Shown here: positions 9,483 through 18,792 of the stretch, one piece after another
How the letters are laid out: each line of letters opens with the position of its first letter
Position numbering within the stretch: the stretch's first letter is position 1
Position numbers and translations under genes: made by a program
Notes under the pieces: generated by a model
Told to the model about the DNA's origin: nothing
The model's database searches: none
What the model saw: only the letters and a program-made list of their open reading frames with translations
Assembly: GCA_012839865.1 (NCBI GenBank)
Contig: DUMO01000010.1
Span: forward strand, 1-40,291
Reading direction: 5' to 3'
Length of the DNA stretch: 40,291 nt
From: Clostridiaceae bacterium
Lineage (GTDB): Bacteria; Bacillota; Clostridia; CAYPLH01; DUMO01

Positions 9483-10112
9483 ATGTCTAACAGTGTAGAG
9501 ACAACCGGAAAGACGGTTAATGAGGCGATACTTCTCGCGCTTTCTGAGCTTGGACTTGATGAAAGCGAAAAGGATAAGGTGGATATTGAGGTTCTTGATG
9601 AAGGAAGTAAAGGGATATTTGGCTTGATTGGAAGCAAGATGGCCCGGGTAAGGGCAACTTTGAAGGAAACCGGCGCTGACTATGCCAAGGAATTTTTATC
9701 AAGTGTCATCGAGAAAATAGGAGTCAATGCTGAGCTTTTGTCGGAAGAGCAGGATGATAATATCTATGTTGAATTGAAGGGTGAAGATATTGGCATATTA
9801 ATCGGAAGAAGAGGAGAGACTCTGGATGCATTGCAATACCTGACCAGTCTTGTTGTCAATAAAAACAGCAACACTTACAAGAGAGTCATTCTTGATACCA
9901 AAAACTACAGGAAAAAGAGAGAGGAAACCCTTGTAAAACTGGCTGAAAGACTTGCAGAGAGAGTTGTACGGCATAGAAAAACACTTACTTTGGAACCGAT
10001 GAATCCTTACGAGAGAAGAATAATTCATTCCGCATTACAGAATAATAAGCATGTGAGGACCTATAGCATTGGTGACGAGCCAAACAGGAAGGTAGTTATA
10101 ACAACAAGGTAG
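9483..10112 (+). CDS. jag: RNA-binding protein Jag/EloR/KhpB
   Basis: TGKTVNEAI Jag-N, KH motif LIGRRGETLDALQYL, R3H motif MNPYERRIIH. Confidence 0.95.
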   Translation: MSNSVETTGKTVNEAILLALSELGLDESEKDKVDIEVLDEGSKGIFGLIGSKMARVRATLKETGADYAKEFLSSVIEKIGVNAELLSEEQDDNIYVELKGEDIGILIGRRGETLDALQYLTSLVVNKNSNTYKRVILDTKNYRKKREETLVKLAERLAERVVRHRKTLTLEPMNPYERRIIHSALQNNKHVRTYSIGDEPNRKVVITTR

Positions 10113-10550
10113 GAATGAAAACTTTCGTAATCTGCTGCAGCTGATAAAAAAGCAGGAGCTGCAGCAATAGGATAAAAATGGACAACTTCCGCAGGTTGCC
10201 GCAACGGGAAAAAATTAAATTGGCTGCAACACCAGGTTATGATTAATATTTGAATACTTTCAGGGTGCAATGGCGGAAGCATTTGCAGCAATGAATTAAG
10301 GTTGGAAATTTTACTAAACTGCCTTAAGGGGCGAAAGTAAGGGTAGTTGCAACGATAGGATAAAGTATACTGGAAAAGAAAATTGTTATTTCAGCATAAA
10401 GCAGTTTTTGGACAATGGCCTTGTTTTTATTGACTATTGTCCATTATCTGTTTATGGAGAAGATTAGGGAGGAAAATTGCGAAAGTCTGGCCGGGTACCC
10501 ATAAATTTAGCCGATGGGACGAAAGCCTGACTTGACAAGAGGAGAGCAGG

Positions 10551-11930
10551 ATGTACAAGGTAGACACGATTGCTGCCATTTCTACTGCCATAGGAGCAGC
10601 AGGGATAGGTATCGTAAGAATAAGCGGTCCGGATTCCTTTGAAATAGCATCGAAAATTTTCAAGGGCAGAAAACCCTTTGAGAAATTAAAGGATCACACC
10701 ATAAACTTTGGAAGGATAGTTGACCCTGCCACAGGTGAAATGCTGGATGATGTTCTGGTATCCAAAATGTATGGCCCTAAAACTTACACAGGGGAGGATA
10801 TCGTTGAGATAAACTGCCATGGCGGTACCGTCATGGTAAACAGAATACTCGAGCTCGTATTAAGAATCGGTGCCAGGCTTGCGGAACCCGGGGAGTTTAC
10901 AAAGCGGGCTTTTTTGAACGGAAAAATAGACTTGTCCCAGGCGGAAGCCGTTATAGATATAATCAACGCAAAAACCAGTGAAAGTTCAAAGGTGGCTTTT
11001 GCCCAGCTTGAGGGAAAATTGTCCGAAAAGATCAGGAGCGCAAGAAAGAGTCTCATAGACCTTATTGCCCATATTGAAGTAACCCTGGACTACCCTGAAT
11101 ACGACATCGAAAAAATAACCGAGGAAATGGTTCAAAAGAGCCTTATGGAAATCAACGGCATGCTGGGCAGGATAGTAAAAGACTTTGAAAGGGGCAGAAT
11201 CATCCGGGAAGGCATAAATGCGGTGATAGTAGGCCGTCCGAATGTGGGAAAGTCATCCCTCCTTAACGAGCTGATAGGGAAGAGCAAGGCCATAGTGACG
11301 GACATACCGGGCACAACCAGGGACATCCTTGAAGAATACGTCAATATACATGGCATCCCGGTGCGAATTACCGATACGGCGGGAATCCGGGAGACGGAGG
11401 ACTTAGTTGAAAAAATCGGTGTGGAGAAAGCAAAAAAGGCTATCGATGAGGCGGACCTTGCCATATTGATGATAGACGGCTCAAAGGGCCTGACGGATGA
11501 GGACAAGGATATTATTCAACAGCTTGCGGAAAAGAAAGTTATTGTGTTAATCAATAAGGTGGATATTTCTGATAATGCAAAAATTGAAGAGATGGAAAAT
11601 GAGCTTAAGGCTTTCAAGCCTGTCCGCACCTCCATGGTTGACGGAGAAGGCATAGAGGAACTTGAGAAAGAAATAGCCCGCCTGTTTTTGCAGGGCGAGG
11701 TTGTGGGAAGCGATGAGATTTTGATTACAAACGTCAGGCACAAAAAACTCATTGACGATGCCCAAGGCTCGATAAACAGAGCATTGGAGGCCCTCGACAC
11801 GGGAATGCCCATAGACTGTGCATCAATTGATATCAAGGATGCGGCGGAGTACCTGGGGCAAATAACAGGGGAGTCGGTCAGTGAAGATGTAATGCACAGC
11901 ATTTTCAGCAGGTTTTGCATAGGAAAGTAA
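10551..11930 (+). CDS. mnmE: tRNA modification GTPase MnmE
   Basis: DTIAAIST, GRPNVGKSS, DIPGTTRD, DTAG, NKVD, terminal FCIGK. Confidence 0.98.
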   Translation: MYKVDTIAAISTAIGAAGIGIVRISGPDSFEIASKIFKGRKPFEKLKDHTINFGRIVDPATGEMLDDVLVSKMYGPKTYTGEDIVEINCHGGTVMVNRILELVLRIGARLAEPGEFTKRAFLNGKIDLSQAEAVIDIINAKTSESSKVAFAQLEGKLSEKIRSARKSLIDLIAHIEVTLDYPEYDIEKITEEMVQKSLMEINGMLGRIVKDFERGRIIREGINAVIVGRPNVGKSSLLNELIGKSKAIVTDIPGTTRDILEEYVNIHGIPVRITDTAGIRETEDLVEKIGVEKAKKAIDEADLAILMIDGSKGLTDEDKDIIQQLAEKKVIVLINKVDISDNAKIEEMENELKAFKPVRTSMVDGEGIEELEKEIARLFLQGEVVGSDEILITNVRHKKLIDDAQGSINRALEALDTGMPIDCASIDIKDAAEYLGQITGESVSEDVMHSIFSRFCIGK

Positions 11931-12038
11931 AGGCATTTAAAAATAGTGTATATGTACATGAACATTGTGATTGTTCATGTACACCCATCTCTGATACAGC
12001 AGTACAGCTTCGGTAAGGATGGAGAAGAAGTTGCCGGA

Positions 12039-12243
12039 ATGAACTGTATGCAGAACATAACAAGGCTCTTATTTTGAGAAAACCGACGGTCCGCTGAAGG
12101 CAAAAATGCTACCGCTTTTTACTCGCCCTCCGTGGCTCGAAAAAGCTAAAAAAACATCCTGCTTTTTTCACGCATTTTTGCCTTCAGCGAACCTGGTCTT
12201 CTGACAAAATAAAGCCAATTGTTATGCTCTGCATACAGTTCAT
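12039..12243. repeat. 205-bp palindromic MITE-like element, copy 1
   Basis: Long imperfect terminal inverted repeat ATGAACTGTATGCAGA.../...TCTGCATACAGTTCAT, inner arms GCTGAAGGCAAAAATGC/GCATTTTTGCCTTCAGC; near-identical core at 22964-23170. Confidence 0.85.
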
Positions 12244-12287
12244 ATACACATTTTCAGACACTATTGCAAAAGGAGCATGAACGTTAG

Positions 12288-14168
12288 ATGGAATACTTTG
12301 CAGGAGAATATGATGTTGCCGTGGTTGGCGCAGGGCATGCCGGATGCGAGGCAGCCCTTGCAGCTGCAAGGCTTGGACTTAAAGTAATAATATTTTCAAT
12401 AAATCTGGACAGCATAGCCAATATGCCCTGCAATCCAAATATAGGGGGAACGGCAAAGGGCCATCTGGTCAGGGAGATTGACGCCCTGGGGGGCCAGATG
12501 GGCAAGGCCGCCGACAAAACCCTGATACAATCCAAGATGCTGAACAGGGCAAAGGGTCCTGCCGTATTTTCCCTTCGCGCCCAGATTGACAGGCGAAGAT
12601 ACCAGATGGAGATGAAGAACACCCTGGAACTTCAGGAAAACCTGGATATTCGCCAAATGGAAGTAGTGGAAATTTTGACGCGTGAAGTGGACGGGAAGAA
12701 AACCGTAGAGGGGGTAAAAACACATACGGATGCGATTTACAAGGCTAAAGCGGTGATTCTCACCACGGGCACATACCTGAAGGGCAAAATCATAATCGGG
12801 GATATCTCTTTTGCCGGAGGCCCGGACGGGCTGTTTCCGGCCAATAAATTATCCGACAGCTTAAGAGAACTTGGCATTACCATAAGACGGTTCAAAACAG
12901 GCACCCCTGCCCGTATAAACAAGCGGAGCATCGACTTTTCAAAATTGCTTGAGCAGCCCGGGGATGATGTTATTGTTCCATTTTCCTTTGAGACGGAGGA
13001 GATAAAACGGGAGCAGGTCCTTTGCTGGCAGACAAACACCAATGAAAACACCCATAAGGTAATAAGGGACAACCTCCACAGGTCTCCTTTGTACAGCGGG
13101 GTTATTGAGGGCATTGGGCCCAGGTATTGCCCTTCAATCGAAGACAAAGTAGTTAAATTTGCGGACAAGAAAAGCCATCAGGTGTTTGTTGAGCCCATGG
13201 GGCTTGACACACAGGAGATGTATCTTCAGGGGATGTCCAGCAGCCTTCCCGAGGATGTTCAGATAGAGATGATTAAAACGCTTCCGGGACTTGAAAATGT
13301 TAAAATAATGAGAAGCGGTTATGCTATAGAATATGACTGTATAGACCCTACTGAGCTTAAACTGAGCCTTGAGCTGAAGAATGTCGACGGGTTGTTTTGC
13401 GCAGGCCAGATTAACGGTTCCTCCGGATACGAGGAAGCGGCAGCCCAGGGGCTCATGGCCGGCATAAACGCTGCCAGGAAGATAATGGGGAAGGAACCCG
13501 TGGTTTTGGACAGGTCCCAGGCCTACATAGGTGTGCTTATTGACGATCTTGTAACAAAAGGAACCAACGAGCCTTACCGCATGATGACCTCCCGGTCCGA
13601 GTACAGGCTTCTTTTACGGCAGGACAATGCGGATTTGAGATTAACGCCCCTCGGGTATGAAATAGGTTTAATTTCAGAGGAAAGATATCAAAGGTTTCTT
13701 CTGAAAAAGAAACAGATAGAGGAGGAAATTGCAAGGCTTGAAAGCACTATTGTACCTCCGTCGGAAAAGGTGCAGAAGTTTTTGGAAAGCAGGAACAGTA
13801 CAAAAATTAAGAGCGGAATAAGGCTGACCGAATTATTGAGAAGGCCTGAAATTGATTATGCCTCCCTGGCGGAAATTGATGAAAACAGGCCGCAGCTCAG
13901 CTTTGCCGTATGTGAACAGGTTGAAATTTCAATAAAATATGAGGGATATATTAAACGGCAGATGCAGCAGGTTGAGCAGTTTAGGAAGATTGAAAACAGA
14001 AGGCTTCCTGAGGACCTGGACTATAACAAAATCAGGGGGCTGAGTACCGAAGCCAGGCAGAAACTTAGCAGCATCCGGCCTTCTTCGGTAGGACAGGCAT
14101 CGAGAATTTCAGGGGTGTCCCCTGCAGATATAAATGTGCTTTTGATTTATCTTGCAACAAGGAGGTAG
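12288..14168 (+). CDS. mnmG: tRNA uridine-5-carboxymethylaminomethyl modification enzyme MnmG (GidA)
   Basis: [48 protein letters not shown]. Confidence 0.98.
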   Translation: MEYFAGEYDVAVVGAGHAGCEAALAAARLGLKVIIFSINLDSIANMPCNPNIGGTAKGHLVREIDALGGQMGKAADKTLIQSKMLNRAKGPAVFSLRAQIDRRRYQMEMKNTLELQENLDIRQMEVVEILTREVDGKKTVEGVKTHTDAIYKAKAVILTTGTYLKGKIIIGDISFAGGPDGLFPANKLSDSLRELGITIRRFKTGTPARINKRSIDFSKLLEQPGDDVIVPFSFETEEIKREQVLCWQTNTNENTHKVIRDNLHRSPLYSGVIEGIGPRYCPSIEDKVVKFADKKSHQVFVEPMGLDTQEMYLQGMSSSLPEDVQIEMIKTLPGLENVKIMRSGYAIEYDCIDPTELKLSLELKNVDGLFCAGQINGSSGYEEAAAQGLMAGINAARKIMGKEPVVLDRSQAYIGVLIDDLVTKGTNEPYRMMTSRSEYRLLLRQDNADLRLTPLGYEIGLISEERYQRFLLKKKQIEEEIARLESTIVPPSEKVQKFLESRNSTKIKSGIRLTELLRRPEIDYASLAEIDENRPQLSFAVCEQVEISIKYEGYIKRQMQQVEQFRKIENRRLPEDLDYNKIRGLSTEARQKLSSIRPSSVGQASRISGVSPADINVLLIYLATRR

Positions 14169-14172
14169 GCTG

Positions 14173-14892
14173 GTGACCGGGTTGAAAGAATTGCTGCTTA
14201 AAGGCGCAGCTGAATTTAATGTCAGCATCACCGATGACATGGCTGAGAAGTTTTTCTCATACATGTCGCTTTTGAAGGACTGGAATGAGAGGGTTAATTT
14301 AACCTCAATTATTGAAGATAAAGAAATTATAATCAAGCATTTTATCGATTCATTGAGCATAGTGCCATATCTTGAAAGCAAAGGGACAACCCTGGCGGAT
14401 TTGGGTACGGGGGCGGGATTCCCCGGCCTGCCTGTAAAAATTGTGCGCCGGGATGTTGATGTAACATTAATGGATTCCCTTTTGAAGAGGCTGTCCTTTC
14501 TGGAGGAAGTTATAAGTACACTTGAGCTTGAAAATATACGGACTGTCCATGGCAGGGCGGAGGACCTGGGCCAAAACCCGGATTTTCGTGAAAAGTTCGA
14601 TGTGGTAACCGCAAGGGCAGTGGCTGAAATGCCGGTACTCCTGGAGTATTGCCTGCCTTTGGTCAAGACAGGCGGTATATTTATTGCAATGAAAGGAAGC
14701 CAAGTGGAAGAGGAACTTGACGGATCCAAAAAAGCCCTTTCAACTTTGGGAGGTGAAATTGTCAAAGTAGATAAAATTAACCTTCCTGATCTTGGACATG
14801 AAAGAAATATAATTTTAATAAAAAAGTTTCGACAAACTCCGACGGGATATCCCAGAAAAGCGGGTAAACCATCAAAGTCTCCGTTGAAATAA
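14173..14892 (+). CDS. rsmG: 16S rRNA m7G527 methyltransferase RsmG (GidB)
   Basis: WNERVNLTSI, KHFIDSL, DLGTGAGFPG, ARAVA; GTG 14173 follows GGAGGT RBS. Confidence 0.96.
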   Translation: MTGLKELLLKGAAEFNVSITDDMAEKFFSYMSLLKDWNERVNLTSIIEDKEIIIKHFIDSLSIVPYLESKGTTLADLGTGAGFPGLPVKIVRRDVDVTLMDSLLKRLSFLEEVISTLELENIRTVHGRAEDLGQNPDFREKFDVVTARAVAEMPVLLEYCLPLVKTGGIFIAMKGSQVEEELDGSKKALSTLGGEIVKVDKINLPDLGHERNIILIKKFRQTPTGYPRKAGKPSKSPLK

Positions 14893-15158
14893 CAAGTCTT
14901 CAAACCGTATGATGCAGTAAAATAGCGGTTTTCGGCGAACGATTCCTGAGTTTGATAAAAGGAATTGAATATTAAATTGGCGAATATATCCTTTGAAAAA
15001 AAGTATTTTTTTTCCATGCTTATCCTTGCTTGATGCGTGCTTGTTGCAAGGTGAAAATACTGCTTGTCAAAAAGTAAGAAGGTTTGGATAGGCAGGGCCA
15101 AAAGCCCTTAAGGCTGTAATTCCATATCAAATTTTAAATACAAAGGATGGTGCCAAAA

Positions 15159-16007
15159 ATGTTGGAAAGTAAATTGAGATTTTTGAGGAGACCCGAGGAA
15201 GAAAGCCAGTTAAAGAATATTACATATGTGAAGATTGACAGTATAAGGCCAAACCCCTACCAGCCACGAAAACAGTTCAAGAAGGAAGGACTGGACGAGC
15301 TTTGTGAATCAATAAGGCAGTATGGTGTTTTGCAGCCGATAAACGTAAGGAAAATAAGCGCCGGGCGTTATGAACTTGTTGCAGGGGAGAGAAGGCTGCG
15401 GGCGGCTAAGCTGGCAGGGTTGACTGAGATTCCAACAATTGTTGTTAATGTGGATGATAATAATTCTGCCGTAATGGCATTAATTGAAAATCTGCAAAGA
15501 GAAAACCTAAGCTATATGGAGGAAGCGGAAAGCTACAACAACCTTATAAACGAGCATAATTTTACCCAGGAGGAACTGGCCAGGAAAATAGGCAAAAGCC
15601 AGTCTACGATAGCAAATAAAATAAGGCTTTTAAGGCTTCCCCCCATGGTTAAGAAAATTCTTGCGGACAACGGGCTTACTGAAAGGCATGCAAGGGCACT
15701 TTTGAAGCTGCATGATGAACAGCTGCAGCTGAAGGCTTTAAAGATTATTGTAAGCAAAGGCCTTAATGTTAAGAAGTCAGAAGAGGTTATTGAAAAAATA
15801 ATAAACAAATACGCTGAAAAATCTGAAAACAAGACAGAAAACGGGAAATTGACCCAGGCCATCAAGGATATAAGGATATTTGTAAATACCATCAAGCAGG
15901 CTGTAGACACCATGAAACAGGCAGGAGTGAGGGCGAAGGCCGCACATCTTGATAAAGGCGATTATGTGGAGTTTATTATACGAATTCCGAAGAAACAGGA
16001 AGCATAA
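15159..16007 (+). CDS. noc: Nucleoid occlusion protein Noc (ParB family)
   Basis: PNPYQPRK, LVAGERRLRA, IENLQRENL, KSQSTIANKIRLL and Noc-type C-terminus KDIRIFVNTIKQAV; follows rsmG. Start 15159 or 15147. Confidence 0.85.
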   Translation: MLESKLRFLRRPEEESQLKNITYVKIDSIRPNPYQPRKQFKKEGLDELCESIRQYGVLQPINVRKISAGRYELVAGERRLRAAKLAGLTEIPTIVVNVDDNNSAVMALIENLQRENLSYMEEAESYNNLINEHNFTQEELARKIGKSQSTIANKIRLLRLPPMVKKILADNGLTERHARALLKLHDEQLQLKALKIIVSKGLNVKKSEEVIEKIINKYAEKSENKTENGKLTQAIKDIRIFVNTIKQAVDTMKQAGVRAKAAHLDKGDYVEFIIRIPKKQEA

Positions 16008-16084
16008 AGAGGCAGGGGATCTAAAAAGACAGGAAGTATAAGAGACAGGAATTATCAAGAGAGATTTATTAAGGAGGAACCAAC

Positions 16085-16125
16085 AGATAAAAGCTCCGGG
16101 ACATAGAGTCCCGGAGCTTTTATCT
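16085..16125. terminator. Perfect 18-bp-arm hairpin, probable terminator of the rpmH-noc region
   Basis: AGATAAAAGCTCCGGGAC-ATAGA-GTCCCGGAGCTTTTATCT. Confidence 0.85.
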
Positions 16126-16135
16126 TGGTGTTGTG

Positions 16136-16369
16136 CCCGGCATGGGTGCAATCCCGGTGTGGGAGCAATCCCGGTATGGATGCAACCTGGTATGGGTGCA
16201 GTCCTGGTGTGGGTGCAATCCTGGTATGAACACAATCCTGGCATGGGTGATATCCTGCAATTGGCAGAATCTTAGCCGAGCGCAATCCCGGTATAAGTGC
16301 AATCTCAGTCAAATGCAATCCCACATAGACACAATCCCGGGTTCAGATGCAACCAGCATGGGCATGATT
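16136..16369. repeat. Degenerate 17-bp tandem repeat, about 14 units
   Basis: Units CCCGGCATGGGTGCAAT, CCCGGTGTGGGAGCAAT, CCTGGTATGGGTGCAGT, CCTGGTGTGGGTGCAAT etc., decaying rightward; a few units are 16 bp. Confidence 0.85.
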
Positions 16370-16682
16370 CTAAAAATGAAAGCTTTCACTCATAGGAAGA
16401 TTCCTGCCTGGTCCATGCACGCCCATAAATTGCCATAATTTAACCAAAAATACTACATTGCCTCGTTTAAAACATTATGTTACTATATACTATGATTTTT
16501 TAAATCAGGGTAATAATGATACATTATTTTGGGTATTATAATTTGTTTAATGATTTTTAATGTAAAAAATGGCAATAAACAATAAATTATAAAATTCATT
16601 GACAATTTATGGTTTGGATCATATTCCGCCATATGCGGAAAAGAGGCTTTATATATTGCTATATGCTTGAAAGGAAGATGTT

Positions 16683-17654
16683 ATGTTCCGTTATATTATA
16701 AAACGAATAATTTTTTCTCTTTTGACAATCTGGCTTTTGGTCACCCTGACATTTTTGCTTATGCACCTTATGCCGGGAGATCCTTTTATCAGCACCAAAG
16801 CCGTTGACCCGGCAGTCAGGGAGATGATGTTTAAAAAATACGGGTTGGACAAACCCCTGATTGTGCAATATTTCATCTACATGGGGAAAATGCTCCGGGG
16901 AGATTTGGGAGTATCCCTCCATTATAAGGGCGCGCAGGTTGTGGACAGGGTGTTTGATGCATTTCCATATTCCTTCGAGCTGGGTTTAAGATCTCTCATT
17001 ATAGGTATAGCATTAGGCCTCATTCTTGGAATTGTAGCCGCCAAAAGGAATGGCAAAATAAGTGACGGGCTGATAATGGGTGTAGCTGTTATCGGTATAT
17101 CGGTACCGAGTTTTATTATGGCAGCCCTCTTGAATTACGGAGTGGGTCTGAAATTCGGTAATTTCCTGAAAGATATTTTTGGCCTTTCCAGAAATCCTAT
17201 ACCTATTTCAGGCTGGAACAGTGAAGCATCCAAATGGCTGCCTGCCATTGCCCTTTCCTTTGGAACCCTGGCTTCAATTGCGCGTCTTATGCGTGCTTCC
17301 ACAATGGATGTTTTAAATGCGGATTATATTAAAACTGCAAAGGCAAAGGGTTTGAGCGAGGGGCAAATCACCCGGCACCATATGATGAGAAACGCAATAC
17401 TGCCCATTATTACAATTCTGGGTCCGGCTGCGGCTTCGATCCTGACCGGGGCTTTTGTTGTTGAAAGTGTATTTGCAATTGCCGGAATGGGCAAGTTCTT
17501 TGTGTTGAGCATCCAGGTGCTTGACTATCCGATGATAATCGGTACCACGGTTATTTATGGAGTATTGCTGATTGTAATGAATACCCTTGTGGACATTGTT
17601 TACGGAATTGTTGACCCGAGGATCAGGCTGGAGAGAAAGGGGATTTCAGGATGA
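16683..17654 (+). CDS. oppB: Oligopeptide ABC transporter permease
   Basis: MPGDPF, YGLDKPL, GDLGVS, EAA loop TAKAKGLS, HHMMRNAILP. Confidence 0.9.
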   Translation: MFRYIIKRIIFSLLTIWLLVTLTFLLMHLMPGDPFISTKAVDPAVREMMFKKYGLDKPLIVQYFIYMGKMLRGDLGVSLHYKGAQVVDRVFDAFPYSFELGLRSLIIGIALGLILGIVAAKRNGKISDGLIMGVAVIGISVPSFIMAALLNYGVGLKFGNFLKDIFGLSRNPIPISGWNSEASKWLPAIALSFGTLASIARLMRASTMDVLNADYIKTAKAKGLSEGQITRHHMMRNAILPIITILGPAAASILTGAFVVESVFAIAGMGKFFVLSIQVLDYPMIIGTTVIYGVLLIVMNTLVDIVYGIVDPRIRLERKGISG

Positions 17655-18787
17655 GCAGGAAGAGAGAGAATTTTGAAAAGAACAGAAATGGCGCAAATGC
17701 CGGTTTGAATGAGAATACAGAACGGGTTGGAAAGAATGAAAATTCATTGAATACAGGTTCGAGTGTGGAAACTGAGGTTGCTAATAAGAATTTGACAAAT
17801 TCCGGCTTTTACGGGGAAACAGTGAACCCTGCTGTTAGTGAAGGTAATTTTCCTAAATTGGATAAAAACGCATTTGAACATGTTGGCAAGAATATTGAGC
17901 ACAGCATGTCCATAGCAAGGCCTTCCATAAGTTATGCCCAGGATGCATGGAGAAGGTTCAGGCAGAACAGGGTGGCTCTTGCAGGGTTGATATTTGTCCT
18001 GATCATGGTGTTGGGTTCCATCTTTGTTCCGCTGCTTTCCCCAATGCCCATAGACCAGCAAAACCTTGAATATACCTATGTCAAGCCTATGACTTACGCT
18101 CCTGACCTTAATCATATGTTTATCTTCGGAACTGACAACCTGGGCAGGGATTTGTGGGTGCGTACATGGTATGGTGCCAGAATTTCACTGTCTATAGGAA
18201 TACTTGCGGCGTTAATCAGCGTGCTTATCGGCGTGCCCTATGGAGGAATTTCCGGTTACAGCGGAGGAACCGTTGACATAATCATGATGCGTATTGTGGA
18301 AATTGTATCGGGAATTCCGTATATGATTCTTGTAATCTTGTTTCTTGTGGTTCTTCCAAGAGGGTATCTTACCATAGTAGCTGCAATGAGCATTGTTATA
18401 TGGACATCGCCTGCAAGGCTTGTAAGGGCCCAGGTCCTGCAGCTTAAAGGCCAGGAGTTCATTCTGGCAGCAAAAACCCTGGGGGCTTCGACCGGAAGAA
18501 TTATAAGCAAACATTTGATTCCAAATTCACTTGGCGTAGTAGTAATTCAGATGACAATGACAATACCGTCGGCTATTTTTTCAGAGGCCTTTTTAAGCTA
18601 TATAGGTATTGGAATACAACCTCCAATGGCCAGTTGGGGAACCCTTGCCCGGGATGGAGTGCAAATATTCCAACTGAATCCGTGGGTTATGTTTATACCG
18701 GCAACCTTCATCTGTCTGACAATGCTGAGCCTTAACCTGATTGGCGATGCATTGCGCAACGCGCTGGATCCCAAGTTGAGGAGGTAA
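17651..18787 (+). CDS. oppC: Oligopeptide ABC transporter permease with long N-terminal extension
   Basis: DAWRRFRQNRVA, FGTDNLGRD, GARISL, EFILAAKTLGAS, GDALRNALDPK. Confidence 0.9.
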   Translation: MSRKRENFEKNRNGANAGLNENTERVGKNENSLNTGSSVETEVANKNLTNSGFYGETVNPAVSEGNFPKLDKNAFEHVGKNIEHSMSIARPSISYAQDAWRRFRQNRVALAGLIFVLIMVLGSIFVPLLSPMPIDQQNLEYTYVKPMTYAPDLNHMFIFGTDNLGRDLWVRTWYGARISLSIGILAALISVLIGVPYGGISGYSGGTVDIIMMRIVEIVSGIPYMILVILFLVVLPRGYLTIVAAMSIVIWTSPARLVRAQVLQLKGQEFILAAKTLGASTGRIISKHLIPNSLGVVVIQMTMTIPSAIFSEAFLSYIGIGIQPPMASWGTLARDGVQIFQLNPWVMFIPATFICLTMLSLNLIGDALRNALDPKLRR

Positions 18788-18792
18788 AATTC

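Noticed and set aside
15159..16007. parB/spo0J call
   Set aside because: No upstream soj; position after rsmG and the C-terminal KDIRIFVNTIKQAV motif fit Noc better.
16136..16369. CRISPR array
   Set aside because: Units are contiguous with no unique spacers; no cas genes.
16055..16438. ORFs with PGLH/PGMGAI-like repeats across the tandem array
   Set aside because: The 17-bp period shifts frame each unit; open frames on both strands are a by-product of a stop-poor repeat, with no clear RBS.
16590..16610. CodY box upstream of oppB
   Set aside because: AATTCATTGACAATT has four mismatches to AATTTTCWGAAAATT in very AT-rich DNA.
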